A stretch of DNA of 32,000 bases from NCBI RefSeq assembly GCF_049243625.1, contig NZ_CP046975.1, one strand, 5' to 3'. Source of the stretch: Corynebacterium amycolatum. GTDB lineage: Bacteria; Actinomycetota; Actinomycetes; Mycobacteriales; Mycobacteriaceae. The translations under genes were made by a program, and so were the position numbers. Positions 10,717-18,522 of the stretch are shown piece by piece. The notes beneath the pieces were generated by a model. The model was not told the DNA's origin. It saw only the letters and a list, made by a program, of their open reading frames with translations, and did no database searches. Within the stretch, counting starts at the first letter, position 1, and the number at the start of each line of letters is the position of its first letter.

Positions 10717-11235
10717 CTACCCCAAAATAACTGCCGTGCCAGTGGCGCGGTCGTGCATGCCGCGCATATCCGAGTCGGTGATTGCTGGCGGCAGTAGGAA
10801 AAGAGTAAGCAAGCTGCGGAAGAAGGCACGAACAAAGCCGACTCGCTCGCCGGGCTTGTCCACGCGAGCGACGCCCATCTTCATTATCCACTGCCCCGGA
10901 GTGCGGGCGAACAGCCAAACCGACACCGTGCCAATAATGAGGAAGACAACTGGCGTATAGGTCGCAAGGAATGACTGCCAGGCGATAAACGAATCTCCGA
11001 ACTGGTCAATTTGCTCCTCGCTCGGGCCGAAGAACATCGAAAAAGCGCCGGCAATCATCAGGGAAATGATCCAGTCAATGAGAATGCCGCCGACGCGACG
11101 CATCAGCGTCGCTTGCGAGCCTGGGCCATCGGGGGCAAGACCCAACGCCTGGCCGGGATAGTCCGAGAGTTTGTCCGGATTATCGAACTCTCCCGGAATC
11201 TGAGGGCCATCTAGCCAACTGTGCTTTTCTTCCAT
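10717..11235 (-). CDS. RDD-family membrane protein
   Basis: 172-aa ORF with RRVGGILIDWIISL (the start of an RDD domain) and three predicted TM segments. It sits divergently from glnA, as Rv2219A does in mycobacteria. Confidence 0.75.
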   Translation of the reverse strand: MEEKHSWLDGPQIPGEFDNPDKLSDYPGQALGLAPDGPGSQATLMRRVGGILIDWIISLMIAGAFSMFFGPSEEQIDQFGDSFIAWQSFLATYTPVVFLIIGTVSVWLFARTPGQWIMKMGVARVDKPGERVGFVRAFFRSLLTLFLLPPAITDSDMRGMHDRATGTAVILG

Positions 11236-11639
11236 GGATTCATAGTCTAATGCAGTAATCCGGCTATCAAATCACGGGCTGGGACAGCCACTCAGCCTAC
11301 GCGGGGGTAATCCGGGGGCGATGTTGCGTCGCCTTTTCCATTTTCTTATCAGCATGGGAGCTAAAGGCTCGTCGTAAAGCATGTGTGACGCGAATGCGCA
11401 GGGTATTGCCGAGTTTCCACAAACAGATAACCCGCTCCCTATTTGCGTAACCCATTCCGTATTGGTGAATTCCTCACGCGCCATGTCAGAAATTCGTGGT
11501 TCTAATTCCAGAATGAATGCGTGGTTCGTTAAGCTTAAAGGCGTCAACCGGCCAGTCCTTGACAGCGCGGCAGGTGCACGAAACATCGTGCAAGAATTCC
11601 CTGCTGTGTACTAAACAAGGCCAACTAAGGAGACCGCAC

Positions 11640-13076
11640 ATGTCCTTCAAAACTCCCGAGGAAGTAGTCGCATATATCAAGGAAGAGGGCGTCGAGTTCG
11701 TAGACGTCCGTTTCACGGATGTTCCCGGCATCGAGCAGCACTTCACCATCCCGGCATCCGCATTTGACGAGGACGCGATGGCCGAAGGCCTGGCATTCGA
11801 CGGTTCCTCGATTCGTGGTTTCACTTCCATCGACGAGTCCGACATGGCTCTGCTGCCCGACCTGAGCACGGCGCGCATTGACCCGTTCCGCAAGGCGAAG
11901 ACCCTGAACGTCAAATTCTTCGTCCACGATCCGTTTACCCTCGAGCCGTTCTCCCGCGACCCGCGTAACGTCGCCAAGAAGGCGGAGGAATACCTCATCT
12001 CCACCGGCATCGCCGACACCTGCTTCTTCGGCGCCGAGGCGGAGTTTTACATCTTCGACAACGTCAAGTTCGAGACCGACACCAACCGCGGCTTCTACGA
12101 AGTTGATTCCATCGAAGGCTGGTGGAACCGCGGCAAGGACCAGAACCTGGACGGCTCTGCAAACCTGGGTTACAAGACTCGCCTGAAGGGCGGCTACTTC
12201 CCTACCGCTCCGTACGACCACTACCAGGACCTGCGCGACAAGATGTGCCTGAAGCTCGCTGATGCCGGCTTCGACCTGGAGCGCGCCCACCACGAGGTCG
12301 GCACTGGTGGCCAGCAGGAGATCAACTACAAGTTCAACACGATGTTGCACGCTGCAGACGACCTGCAGACCTTCAAGTACATCATCAAGAACACCGCCTG
12401 GGAAGAGGGCAAGTCCGTCACCTTTATGCCGAAGCCGCTGGCTGGCGACAACGGCTCGGGCATGCACGCTCACCAGTCGCTGTGGAAGGACGGCAAGCCG
12501 CTGTTCCACGATGAGGCCGGTTACGCAGGCCTGTCGGACATTGCTCGCTGGTACATCGGCGGCATCCTGCACCACGCAGGTGCGGTACTGGCCTTCACCA
12601 ACCCGACCCTGAACTCCTACCACCGCCTGGTCAAGGGCTTCGAGGCTCCGATTAACCTGGTCTACTCGCAGCGCAATCGCTCTGCCGCTGTTCGCATTCC
12701 GATCACCGGCTCCAACCCGAAGGCAAAGCGCATCGAGTTCCGCGCCCCGGATCCGTCGGGCAACCCGTATCTTGGTTTCGCCGCCATGATGATGGCCGGA
12801 CTGGACGGCGTGAAGAACCGCATCGAGCCGCACGCTCCGGTCGACAAGGACCTTTACGAGCTCCCGCCGGAGGAAGCCGCCGACATCCCGCAGGCTCCAA
12901 CCTCTCTCGAGGCCGCGCTCGAGGCTCTGCGCAACGACCACGAGTTCCTGCTCGAGGGCGATGTCTTCACCGAGGACCTCATCCAGACCTACATCGACTA
13001 CAAGTACGAAAACGAGATCGAGCCGGTTCGCCTTCGCCCGACTCCGCAGGAATACGAAATGTACTACGACTGCTAG
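11640..13076 (+). CDS. glnA: Glutamine synthetase type I (GSI-beta, adenylylation-site containing)
   Basis: ATG 11640 is preceded by AAGGAG (11627-11632). Motifs present are [25 protein letters not shown] and [20 protein letters not shown], plus the adenylylation-loop tyrosine in [10 protein letters not shown]. The 41-codon upstream extension in the ORF track is rejected. Confidence 0.96.
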   Translation: MSFKTPEEVVAYIKEEGVEFVDVRFTDVPGIEQHFTIPASAFDEDAMAEGLAFDGSSIRGFTSIDESDMALLPDLSTARIDPFRKAKTLNVKFFVHDPFTLEPFSRDPRNVAKKAEEYLISTGIADTCFFGAEAEFYIFDNVKFETDTNRGFYEVDSIEGWWNRGKDQNLDGSANLGYKTRLKGGYFPTAPYDHYQDLRDKMCLKLADAGFDLERAHHEVGTGGQQEINYKFNTMLHAADDLQTFKYIIKNTAWEEGKSVTFMPKPLAGDNGSGMHAHQSLWKDGKPLFHDEAGYAGLSDIARWYIGGILHHAGAVLAFTNPTLNSYHRLVKGFEAPINLVYSQRNRSAAVRIPITGSNPKAKRIEFRAPDPSGNPYLGFAAMMMAGLDGVKNRIEPHAPVDKDLYELPPEEAADIPQAPTSLEAALEALRNDHEFLLEGDVFTEDLIQTYIDYKYENEIEPVRLRPTPQEYEMYYDC

Positions 13077-13150
13077 AGTTTTCGCTTCACGACGACCACA
13101 GCGAGCAGCACCCATTGCTCCTCATGGCCGCCCAATGAGCTTGTTAGATG

Positions 13151-13186
13151 CCGCCTGACCACAGTTAATGTGGCCAGGCGGTTTTT
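13151..13186 (+). terminator. Rho-independent terminator of glnA
   Basis: 12-bp stem ccgcctgaccac (13151-13162) / gtggccaggcgg (13170-13181) with one mismatch and a 7-nt loop, followed by ttttt. Confidence 0.85.
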
Positions 13187-13365
13187 CGTTGCGGCCATGC
13201 TGGCTGCGGGTGCCTGGGCCCGCATACGCGCGCATATGTGAGCACGAATTTGTGCGCGATTCCGGGCCACTTCCCTGAACAGGACCATATACCACCACAA
13301 AAGGGCCGCACCTCCTGCACGAGTAGAGTCGCGCACTCTCCTCCCCGGTCTTATCGATGCAATAT

Positions 13366-13420
13366 TCACTTGTCGATGCGCTATAGCGTGGCCATATGTG
13401 AACAGCGTATCGACAAGTGA
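13366..13420. repeat. 17-bp inverted repeat built on TCGACAAGTGA
   Basis: tcacttgtcgatgcgct (13366-13382) is the reverse complement of agcgtatcgacaagtga (13404-13420) at 16/17 positions, with a 21-nt spacer. Confidence 0.85.
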
Positions 13421-13438
13421 CAGGGTGGGGAGAACACC

Positions 13439-13543
13439 GTGCGCATAAGAGCCGGACAGTTGTCGAGAAGTGACGAAAAATCGTCGACAAGTGAAGGAAA
13501 ATCATCGATAGGTGCCAGAAAATTGGCCATAAGTGCGAGGGTG
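13439..13543. repeat. Five degenerate tandem 21-bp units (core TCGAnAAGTG / GCCATAAGTG)
   Basis: The units are 13439 gtgcgcataagagccggacag, 13460 ttgtcgagaagtgacgaaaaa, 13481 tcgtcgacaagtgaaggaaaa, 13502 tcatcgataggtgccagaaaa and 13523 ttggccataagtgcgagggtg. The GTG core recurs at exactly 21-bp intervals (13470, 13491, 13512, 13533). Confidence 0.75.
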
Positions 13544-13597
13544 GCGCTAGGGAGAACGCGAGGGACGAATGCGGGGGCGGCTACCAAGGGTGGATTC

Positions 13598-14491
13598 GGT
13601 GGTCGCTTCAATGGCGCAGGCGTGAAGTAGTACGGCTCCAATGCCGATAACCGCCAGAAGGACCTGCCACGTTCGATCCACCTGTTCATTCTCAACGATG
13701 CAGTTACGGGTGCACCAAAGGCTGTCATGTCGGCAAACCTCCTTTCGGCATACCGCACTGGCGCTGTCCCGGGTGTCGGAGTCAAGCACCTGGCCGTCGA
13801 AGATGCCGAGGTCGTTGGCATCATTGGCCCGGGTGTTATGAGCCGCACCATTCTCAGCTCTGCTATGTCGCAGCGTCCGAGCATTAAGGAGGTCAAGGTC
13901 AAGGGCCGTTCCCAGGCTTCGACTCAGAAGGCTGTCGATTGGATCAAGAACGAGTTCCCGCAGCTTGAAGAGGTCCGTATCGTCGAGACCGAAGAAGAGG
14001 CCATCCGCGACTCCGACATCCTTATCGCCGGCACCTCGACTTCCTCCGATGGTCCGTCCGGTTTCCCGTACTTCAAGAAGGAGTGCTTGAAGCCCGGCGC
14101 GCTGCTGCTCATGCCGGCCGCTGCACGCCTCGACGACGACTTCGTGCGTTCCGACGACTGCAACCTCGTCGTTGACTACACCGGCCTGTACGAAGAGTGG
14201 TTCAACGAAAACGGCCCAGACGTGACCTATGAGCGCTTGCTCGGTATTCCGGGTAACCGCTGGTGGGACATGAAGGAAGAGGGCACTCTTCCCGCCGAGA
14301 AGCTTGTCAACATTGGCGATATCGCCTCCGGTAAGGCTCCGGGACGCCAGAACGACGAGGAAATCTTCTGCTACTCCATCGGAGGCATGCCAGTCGAGGA
14401 CGTCGCCTGGGCCACCGATGTCTACGACAACGCCCTGACAAAGGGCATCGGCACCAAGCTGAACCTGTGGGATGTTCCACTGCTGAAGTAG
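13598..14491 (+). pseudogene. Ornithine cyclodeaminase / mu-crystallin family gene remnant (5'-truncated, in-frame TAG)
   Basis: The frame reads ..GGRFNGAGVK-TAG(13628-13630)-YGSNADNRQKDLPRSIHLFILNDAVTGAPKAVMSANLLSAYRTGAVPGVG.., then a Rossmann GIIGPGVMS, and continues to the stop at 14491. The roughly 90-100 N-terminal residues expected for this family are absent. The intact downstream ORF 13727-14491 (254 aa) might still be annotated as a CDS. Confidence 0.65.
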
Positions 14492-14652
14492 CTGACGCGG
14501 ACTGTGTGGGCTCGATTAACCATGAGGTCGAGCGCCACCTCAACGCTCCACCCCACGCACAAACAAGCCGCACAATTTCATAGTGACCAGCAAGTTCGAC
14601 AAGACGACCAACAAGCTCAACAAGCTAGACGCGAAGTAGGCGAGTTTTACCA

Positions 14653-16110
14653 ATGGGTAAGTTCAGACCCAGCAGTGACCAGACAACTCCGGAAGGGATC
14701 CAACGATTCATCCGGGACAATGACATTCGCTGGGTAGACGTCCAGTTCACCGACGTTCCCGGCATCGAACAGCACCTGACCGTTCCGGTATCCGAGTTTG
14801 ATGAGGACTCAGCCTATGAGGGCCTCGCCTTCGACGGATCGTCCATTGCGGGTTACACCTCGGTGGATAACTCCGACATGATGCTGCTGCCCGACCTGGA
14901 CACGGCTTTCATCGACCCGTTCCGCAAGTCGAAGACGCTGAACATGAAGTTCTTCGTCCACGACCCGCACACCCGCGAGCCGTTTAGCCGCGACCCGCGC
15001 AATATTGCCCGTAAGGCCGAGAACTACCTGAACGAACTGGGCTTCGCCGATACCTGTAATTTCGGCGCTGAGGCAGAGTTCTACATCTTCGACTCCGTCC
15101 GATACGACGCCACTTCGAACAAGTCATTCCACGAGGTGGACTCGGTTGAGGGCTGGTGGAACTCCGGTGTGAAGGTAAACCCGGACGGATCGCGCAACCT
15201 CGGCCACAAGGTACGCACCAAGGGTGGCTACTTCCCTACTGCTCCGTATGACCATATGCAGGATCTTCGTGACGAAATCGGTGAGCACCTGCAGGATGTT
15301 GGCTTCCATGTTGAGCGCTCTCACCACGAGATGGGCTCGGGTGGCCAGCAGGAGATTAACTACCGTTTCAATACTCTGCTGCACGCCGCCGATGACATGC
15401 AGACTTTCAAGTACGTGGTGAAGAACACCGCCAAGTTCAACCAGAAGTCCGCTACCTTCATGCCGAAGCCGTTGGCTGGCGATGGCGGCTCTGGTATGCA
15501 CATCCACCAGTCGCTGTGGAAGGATGGTAAGCCGCTGTTCCACGATGAAAACGGTTACGGTGGCCTGTCGGACATGGCGCGCTACTACATTGGCGGCATC
15601 CTGAAGCACGCCGGCGCAGTCCTGGCTTTCACCAACCCGACGATGAACAGCTACCACCGTCTGGTTCCGGGATTCGAGGCCCCCGTCAACTTGGTCTACA
15701 GCCAGGAGAACCGCTCGGCTGCCATCCGCATCCCGATTACCGGCGCAAACCCGAAGGCCAAGCGCATCGAGTTCCGCGCTCCGGACCCGTCGGGCAACCC
15801 GTACTTGGCTTTCACCGCCGTAATGATGGCTGGTCTCGACGGCATCAAGAACCGCATCGAGCCGGGCAAGCCGATTGACAAGGACCTCTACGAGCTGCCG
15901 CCAGAGACACTCAAGGATGTTCCCACCGTCCCGCATTCGCTGGAGGGTGCCCTCAACGCACTGGAGGAGGACCACGAGTTCCTGCTCGCCGGTGACGTCT
16001 TCACAAAGGACCTCATCGACGCGCACATCCGCTACAAGTTCGAGCACGAGATTATGCCGGCACGTCTGCGCCCGACAACGCAGGAGTTCGAGCTCTACTA
16101 CGACTGCTAG
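14653..16110 (+). CDS. glnA: Second glutamine synthetase type I paralog (GSI-beta-like)
   Basis: 485-aa ORF collinear with the 11640-13076 product along its whole length. It shares [54 protein letters not shown] and the identical C-terminal YYDC. The N-terminus differs ([15 protein letters not shown]..) and the SD is weak. Confidence 0.92.
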   Translation: MGKFRPSSDQTTPEGIQRFIRDNDIRWVDVQFTDVPGIEQHLTVPVSEFDEDSAYEGLAFDGSSIAGYTSVDNSDMMLLPDLDTAFIDPFRKSKTLNMKFFVHDPHTREPFSRDPRNIARKAENYLNELGFADTCNFGAEAEFYIFDSVRYDATSNKSFHEVDSVEGWWNSGVKVNPDGSRNLGHKVRTKGGYFPTAPYDHMQDLRDEIGEHLQDVGFHVERSHHEMGSGGQQEINYRFNTLLHAADDMQTFKYVVKNTAKFNQKSATFMPKPLAGDGGSGMHIHQSLWKDGKPLFHDENGYGGLSDMARYYIGGILKHAGAVLAFTNPTMNSYHRLVPGFEAPVNLVYSQENRSAAIRIPITGANPKAKRIEFRAPDPSGNPYLAFTAVMMAGLDGIKNRIEPGKPIDKDLYELPPETLKDVPTVPHSLEGALNALEEDHEFLLAGDVFTKDLIDAHIRYKFEHEIMPARLRPTTQEFELYYDC

Positions 16111-16143
16111 CACTCGCCCAGTAAAACTCGCTTGACGACGCCC

Positions 16144-16186
16144 ACACCGCTACCCCACCTAACCGTCTTGGGGTAGCGGTGTTTTT
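16144..16186 (+). terminator. Rho-independent terminator of the second GS gene
   Basis: Perfect 14-bp stem acaccgctacccca (16144-16157) / tggggtagcggtgt (16169-16182) with an 11-nt loop, followed by tttt. Confidence 0.85.
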
Positions 16187-16210
16187 AGCTGGGGCATGCT
16201 GTTTTAGTCG

Positions 16211-16232
16211 GAACATTTAGTGAACATTTAGT
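16211..16232. repeat. Perfect 11-bp tandem duplication gaacatttagt x2
   Basis: 16211-16221 and 16222-16232 are identical. The repeat lies about 50 bp upstream of the first PspC-domain gene. Confidence 0.9.
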
Positions 16233-16282
16233 AGAGCTAGCACCACTGCGAACTAAACGGATTAGGGCTACCCTTGATAAGT

Positions 16283-16477
16283 ATGAACAACAAGTCACTG
16301 ACCCGTTCCACCAATAACAAAATGGTTGCCGGTGTGCTCGGTGGGTTCGCTGAGTATTTCAACTGGGATGCGACTTTGCTGCGCGTTATATTTGTCGCGT
16401 CTTTCCTGATGCCGGGCCCGCAGTTTCTTCTCTACATTGCAGCATGGATTATCATGCCGAAGGAAACTTACGTATAA
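16283..16477 (+). CDS. Small PspC-domain membrane protein
   Basis: The 64-aa product has the PspC-domain pattern LTRSTNNKMVAGVLGGFAEYFNWDATLLRVIFV and one TM helix ending in IIMPKE. ATG 16283 is preferred over the TTG at 16274. Confidence 0.8.
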   Translation: MNNKSLTRSTNNKMVAGVLGGFAEYFNWDATLLRVIFVASFLMPGPQFLLYIAAWIIMPKETYV

Positions 16478-16528
16478 GCGCAATCAACCGGAAATACCTA
16501 AATATCCATACCTCGGAGTATTTATCTA

Positions 16529-16819
16529 ATGAGCGACGCCGCTCCCGAAAGATCCACCAAGATAATTTACCGCTCGCGTAATGACCGCCTCCTCGGTGGC
16601 GTCCTCGCAGGAATTGCGGAAAGCCAAGGTTGGGATATCACTTTCACGCGAATGGTCTATATCATCCTCCCCTGCGTTGGATCGATGCTTGGCTGGAAGA
16701 TTGGCGCTGGATTCCTAGCTCTTTACCTTTTGGCATGGTTCGTCCTGCCAGATGGCAAGTACACGCTTGACGACGATGCCCGCGGCTCCAACCCCACGGG
16801 GAAAGAAAATAAGCAATAA
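16529..16819 (+). CDS. Small PspC-domain membrane protein (second, tandem paralog)
   Basis: The 96-aa product has IYRSRNDRLLGGVLAGIAESQGWDITFTRMVYI, followed by TM segments and LLAWFVLPD. Confidence 0.8.
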   Translation: MSDAAPERSTKIIYRSRNDRLLGGVLAGIAESQGWDITFTRMVYIILPCVGSMLGWKIGAGFLALYLLAWFVLPDGKYTLDDDARGSNPTGKENKQ

Positions 16820-17128
16820 ACATCAAGCTTAATAAGATTGATACCTTTCCGTTACTCGCAACGCCCTCACCAGCACTATTCCAATTTCGCAATCACGTAA
16901 ATTCGGTAACAAATAGTGCATAAAGTACACAGATTCACGCAGTTTGACTTGCACAAGCCTCAGAATTACCTAGTGTTCTTTCTGTAGGGCTTTGAAGCCA
17001 CACCATCTTCCAATGCCTGATATTCGAAAGAATTGTCGTTTTCTCTTTGAATTTAATATCGGGCAAATAGTGGAACATGCCAATAATTGAATAGGTAACT
17101 TAGTTAGCTCTCAAGAAAGTGGTTTGAA

Positions 17129-17755
17129 ATGCAGAACAAGAAGATGACCCGTATCGCTACCGCAATCGTCGGCTCCGCCGCTCTTCTCGGCGGCCTGGCT
17201 GCATGTTCTTCCGATGATGCACAGGATGCTGCTAACAACGCCAAGGATCAGGCTGGCCAGGTAGCAACCGACGCCACTGATAAGGCTGGCGACGCTATGG
17301 ACGGCGCTAAGGACAAGGCCGGCGACGCTGCTGACGGCGCTAAGGACAAGGCTAACGAGGCTATGAACGGTCTGGGTCTGGGCGACGCTGCTGGCGAGGA
17401 TGTGGCAGAATCTGACCTGCCTGAGTCCATCACCGAGGCAGCTTCTTCCTTCACCTCCCCGTACGGTACTGAAGCTGGCGAGTTCAAGTCCGCTAAGAAG
17501 GCCGGCGACGCAGTTGCCGCTGAATACGAGAATGTCACCTTCGTTGAGTCCCCGGAGACCAACGGTGCACAGCCACTGATTGGTAAGATTCGCGAGACTT
17601 GGGTCTCCAACGGTGCACTGGAAAACGAGATTGGTCTGCCGACCGCTCCGGAGTCCGAGATTGAAAACGGCTGGGAGCAGCCGTTCACTAAGGACACCAT
17701 GAAGTGGACCTCTGAGGACGGCCAGAACTACTCCGACTCTTACGAGAACAAGTAG
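17129..17755 (+). CDS. Secreted lipoprotein with 11-residue D/K/A/G repeats and a C-terminal LGFP-like repeat
   Basis: Signal peptide with lipobox LGGLAAC. Imperfect 33-bp DNA repeats at 17279-17311, 17312-17344 and a partial third unit encode DKAGDAMDGAK-type 11-mers. The C-terminal stretch LIGKIRETWVSNGALENEIGLPTAPESEIENGWEQPFTKDTMKWTSEDG resembles an LGFP repeat. The start could instead be ATG 17144. Confidence 0.75.
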   Translation: MQNKKMTRIATAIVGSAALLGGLAACSSDDAQDAANNAKDQAGQVATDATDKAGDAMDGAKDKAGDAADGAKDKANEAMNGLGLGDAAGEDVAESDLPESITEAASSFTSPYGTEAGEFKSAKKAGDAVAAEYENVTFVESPETNGAQPLIGKIRETWVSNGALENEIGLPTAPESEIENGWEQPFTKDTMKWTSEDGQNYSDSYENK

Positions 17756-17778
17756 TTCTACACGAACCGAAAGATTTT

Positions 17779-17810
17779 GAGCGTGCCGGGTGGCACGCTC
17801 ATTTTCTTTC
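17779..17810 (+). terminator. Rho-independent terminator between convergent genes
   Basis: 9-bp stem gagcgtgcc (17779-17787) / ggcacgctc (17792-17800) with a 4-nt loop, followed by attttctttc. Confidence 0.75.
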
Positions 17811-17852
17811 CCTAGCTAGTCACATTCCCCACTCACCTAGTTTCCCCCTCGC

Positions 17853-18470
17853 CTAGTCAAAAACGCCAGATGCACCGCGCCGATGTGCGCCAACAATGTT
17901 GATATCGACAATCCCCACGGCAGCCATTGATGCAAAGACCGTGGTGGGGCCTACGAACTTAAAACCGGCATTCTTCAATGCCTTGGCAAGCGCCTTGGAC
18001 TCCTCGGAGAAGCTGGGAACCTCTTCGATTGAACGTGGCTCCGGAGACTTCTCCGGTTTAAACGACCACATCAGCTCGGCTAAGCCGCCGTGCTCACGCA
18101 GAGCAATAGTCGCCTCGGCGTTATTGATTACTGCGGTTATCTTCCTGCGATTCCGAATGATCCGTTCATCATTCATCAATCTTTCGACATCTTCGTCATC
18201 GAAATCAGCAACCGCATCGGGGTCAAAGTTCGCAAAGGCTTGCTGAAACGCGGGCCGCTTCTTCAGAACTGTCTCCCACGACAGTCCTGCCTGAAATACT
18301 TCCAGGCTGAGCCGTTCGAATAGTCCTTGCTCATCACGCACCGGCATCCCCCACTCGGTATCGTAATACTCTCTCAGCAGCTCGCTGTGAGCCGCCCACG
18401 CCGGTCGAGCCAATTCATCCTCACCGATGATGAGCCCATTGTTTTCCGTGTAGTCCGATCCAATTTTCAT
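17853..18470 (-). CDS. tag: DNA-3-methyladenine glycosylase I
   Basis: The 205-aa product MKIGSDY...RPAWAAHSELLREYYDTEWGMPVRDEQGLFERLSLEVFQAGLSWETVLKKR is typical Tag. The longer 310-aa ORF in the track would overlap the upstream panE-like gene, and its extension has no recognisable similarity. Confidence 0.88.
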   Translation of the reverse strand: MKIGSDYTENNGLIIGEDELARPAWAAHSELLREYYDTEWGMPVRDEQGLFERLSLEVFQAGLSWETVLKKRPAFQQAFANFDPDAVADFDDEDVERLMNDERIIRNRRKITAVINNAEATIALREHGGLAELMWSFKPEKSPEPRSIEEVPSFSEESKALAKALKNAGFKFVGPTTVFASMAAVGIVDINIVGAHRRGASGVFD

Positions 18471-18522
18471 CAGTCTTTCCAATCCCCCAATTCCGGTTTG
18501 ATTTAACTGCGCGTCGCAGCTG

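Noticed and set aside
10697-10719. 7-bp perfect palindrome tagcgct/agcgcta whose arms contain the stop codons of the convergent AAE-transporter and RDD genes
   Set aside because: The stem is short, there is no U-tract on either strand, and palindromic TAGCGCTA around convergent TAG stops can arise by chance. Support is insufficient to call a bidirectional terminator.
11517-11639. 41-codon upstream extension of glnA, and the similar TTG-initiated extensions at 4263 (PiT), 7997 (DUF4191), 16274 (PspC) and 26872 (DAACS)
   Set aside because: In each case an internal ATG has a much better Shine-Dalgarno sequence, and the product then starts where homologous proteins start. The extensions have atypical composition.
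11625-13115. 496-aa minus-strand ORF opposite glnA, and the analogous 329-aa ORF at 15124-16113 opposite the second GS
   Set aside because: Both are antisense shadows of strongly supported GS genes and have no motifs of their own. The two shadow ORFs mirror each other only because the sense genes are paralogs.
13439-13543. Possibility that the 21-bp repeat array is a CRISPR array or minisatellite-type mobile element
   Set aside because: The units abut directly with no spacers, are degenerate, are far shorter than CRISPR repeats, and have no cas genes nearby. No terminal inverted repeats or transposase are present either.
13628-13630. In-frame TAG in the cyclodeaminase-family gene as programmed recoding (for example pyrrolysine or read-through)
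   Set aside because: Nothing in the window supports recoding. The position corresponds to a conserved Trp codon one transition away, and the 5' end of the gene is also missing. Simple decay is the economical explanation.
16911-17072. 9-bp repeat caaatagtg occurring twice, about 150 bp apart, in the AT-rich spacer upstream of the lipoprotein gene
   Set aside because: A single short repeat pair in AT-rich DNA falls within chance expectation, and there is no associated symmetry or phasing.
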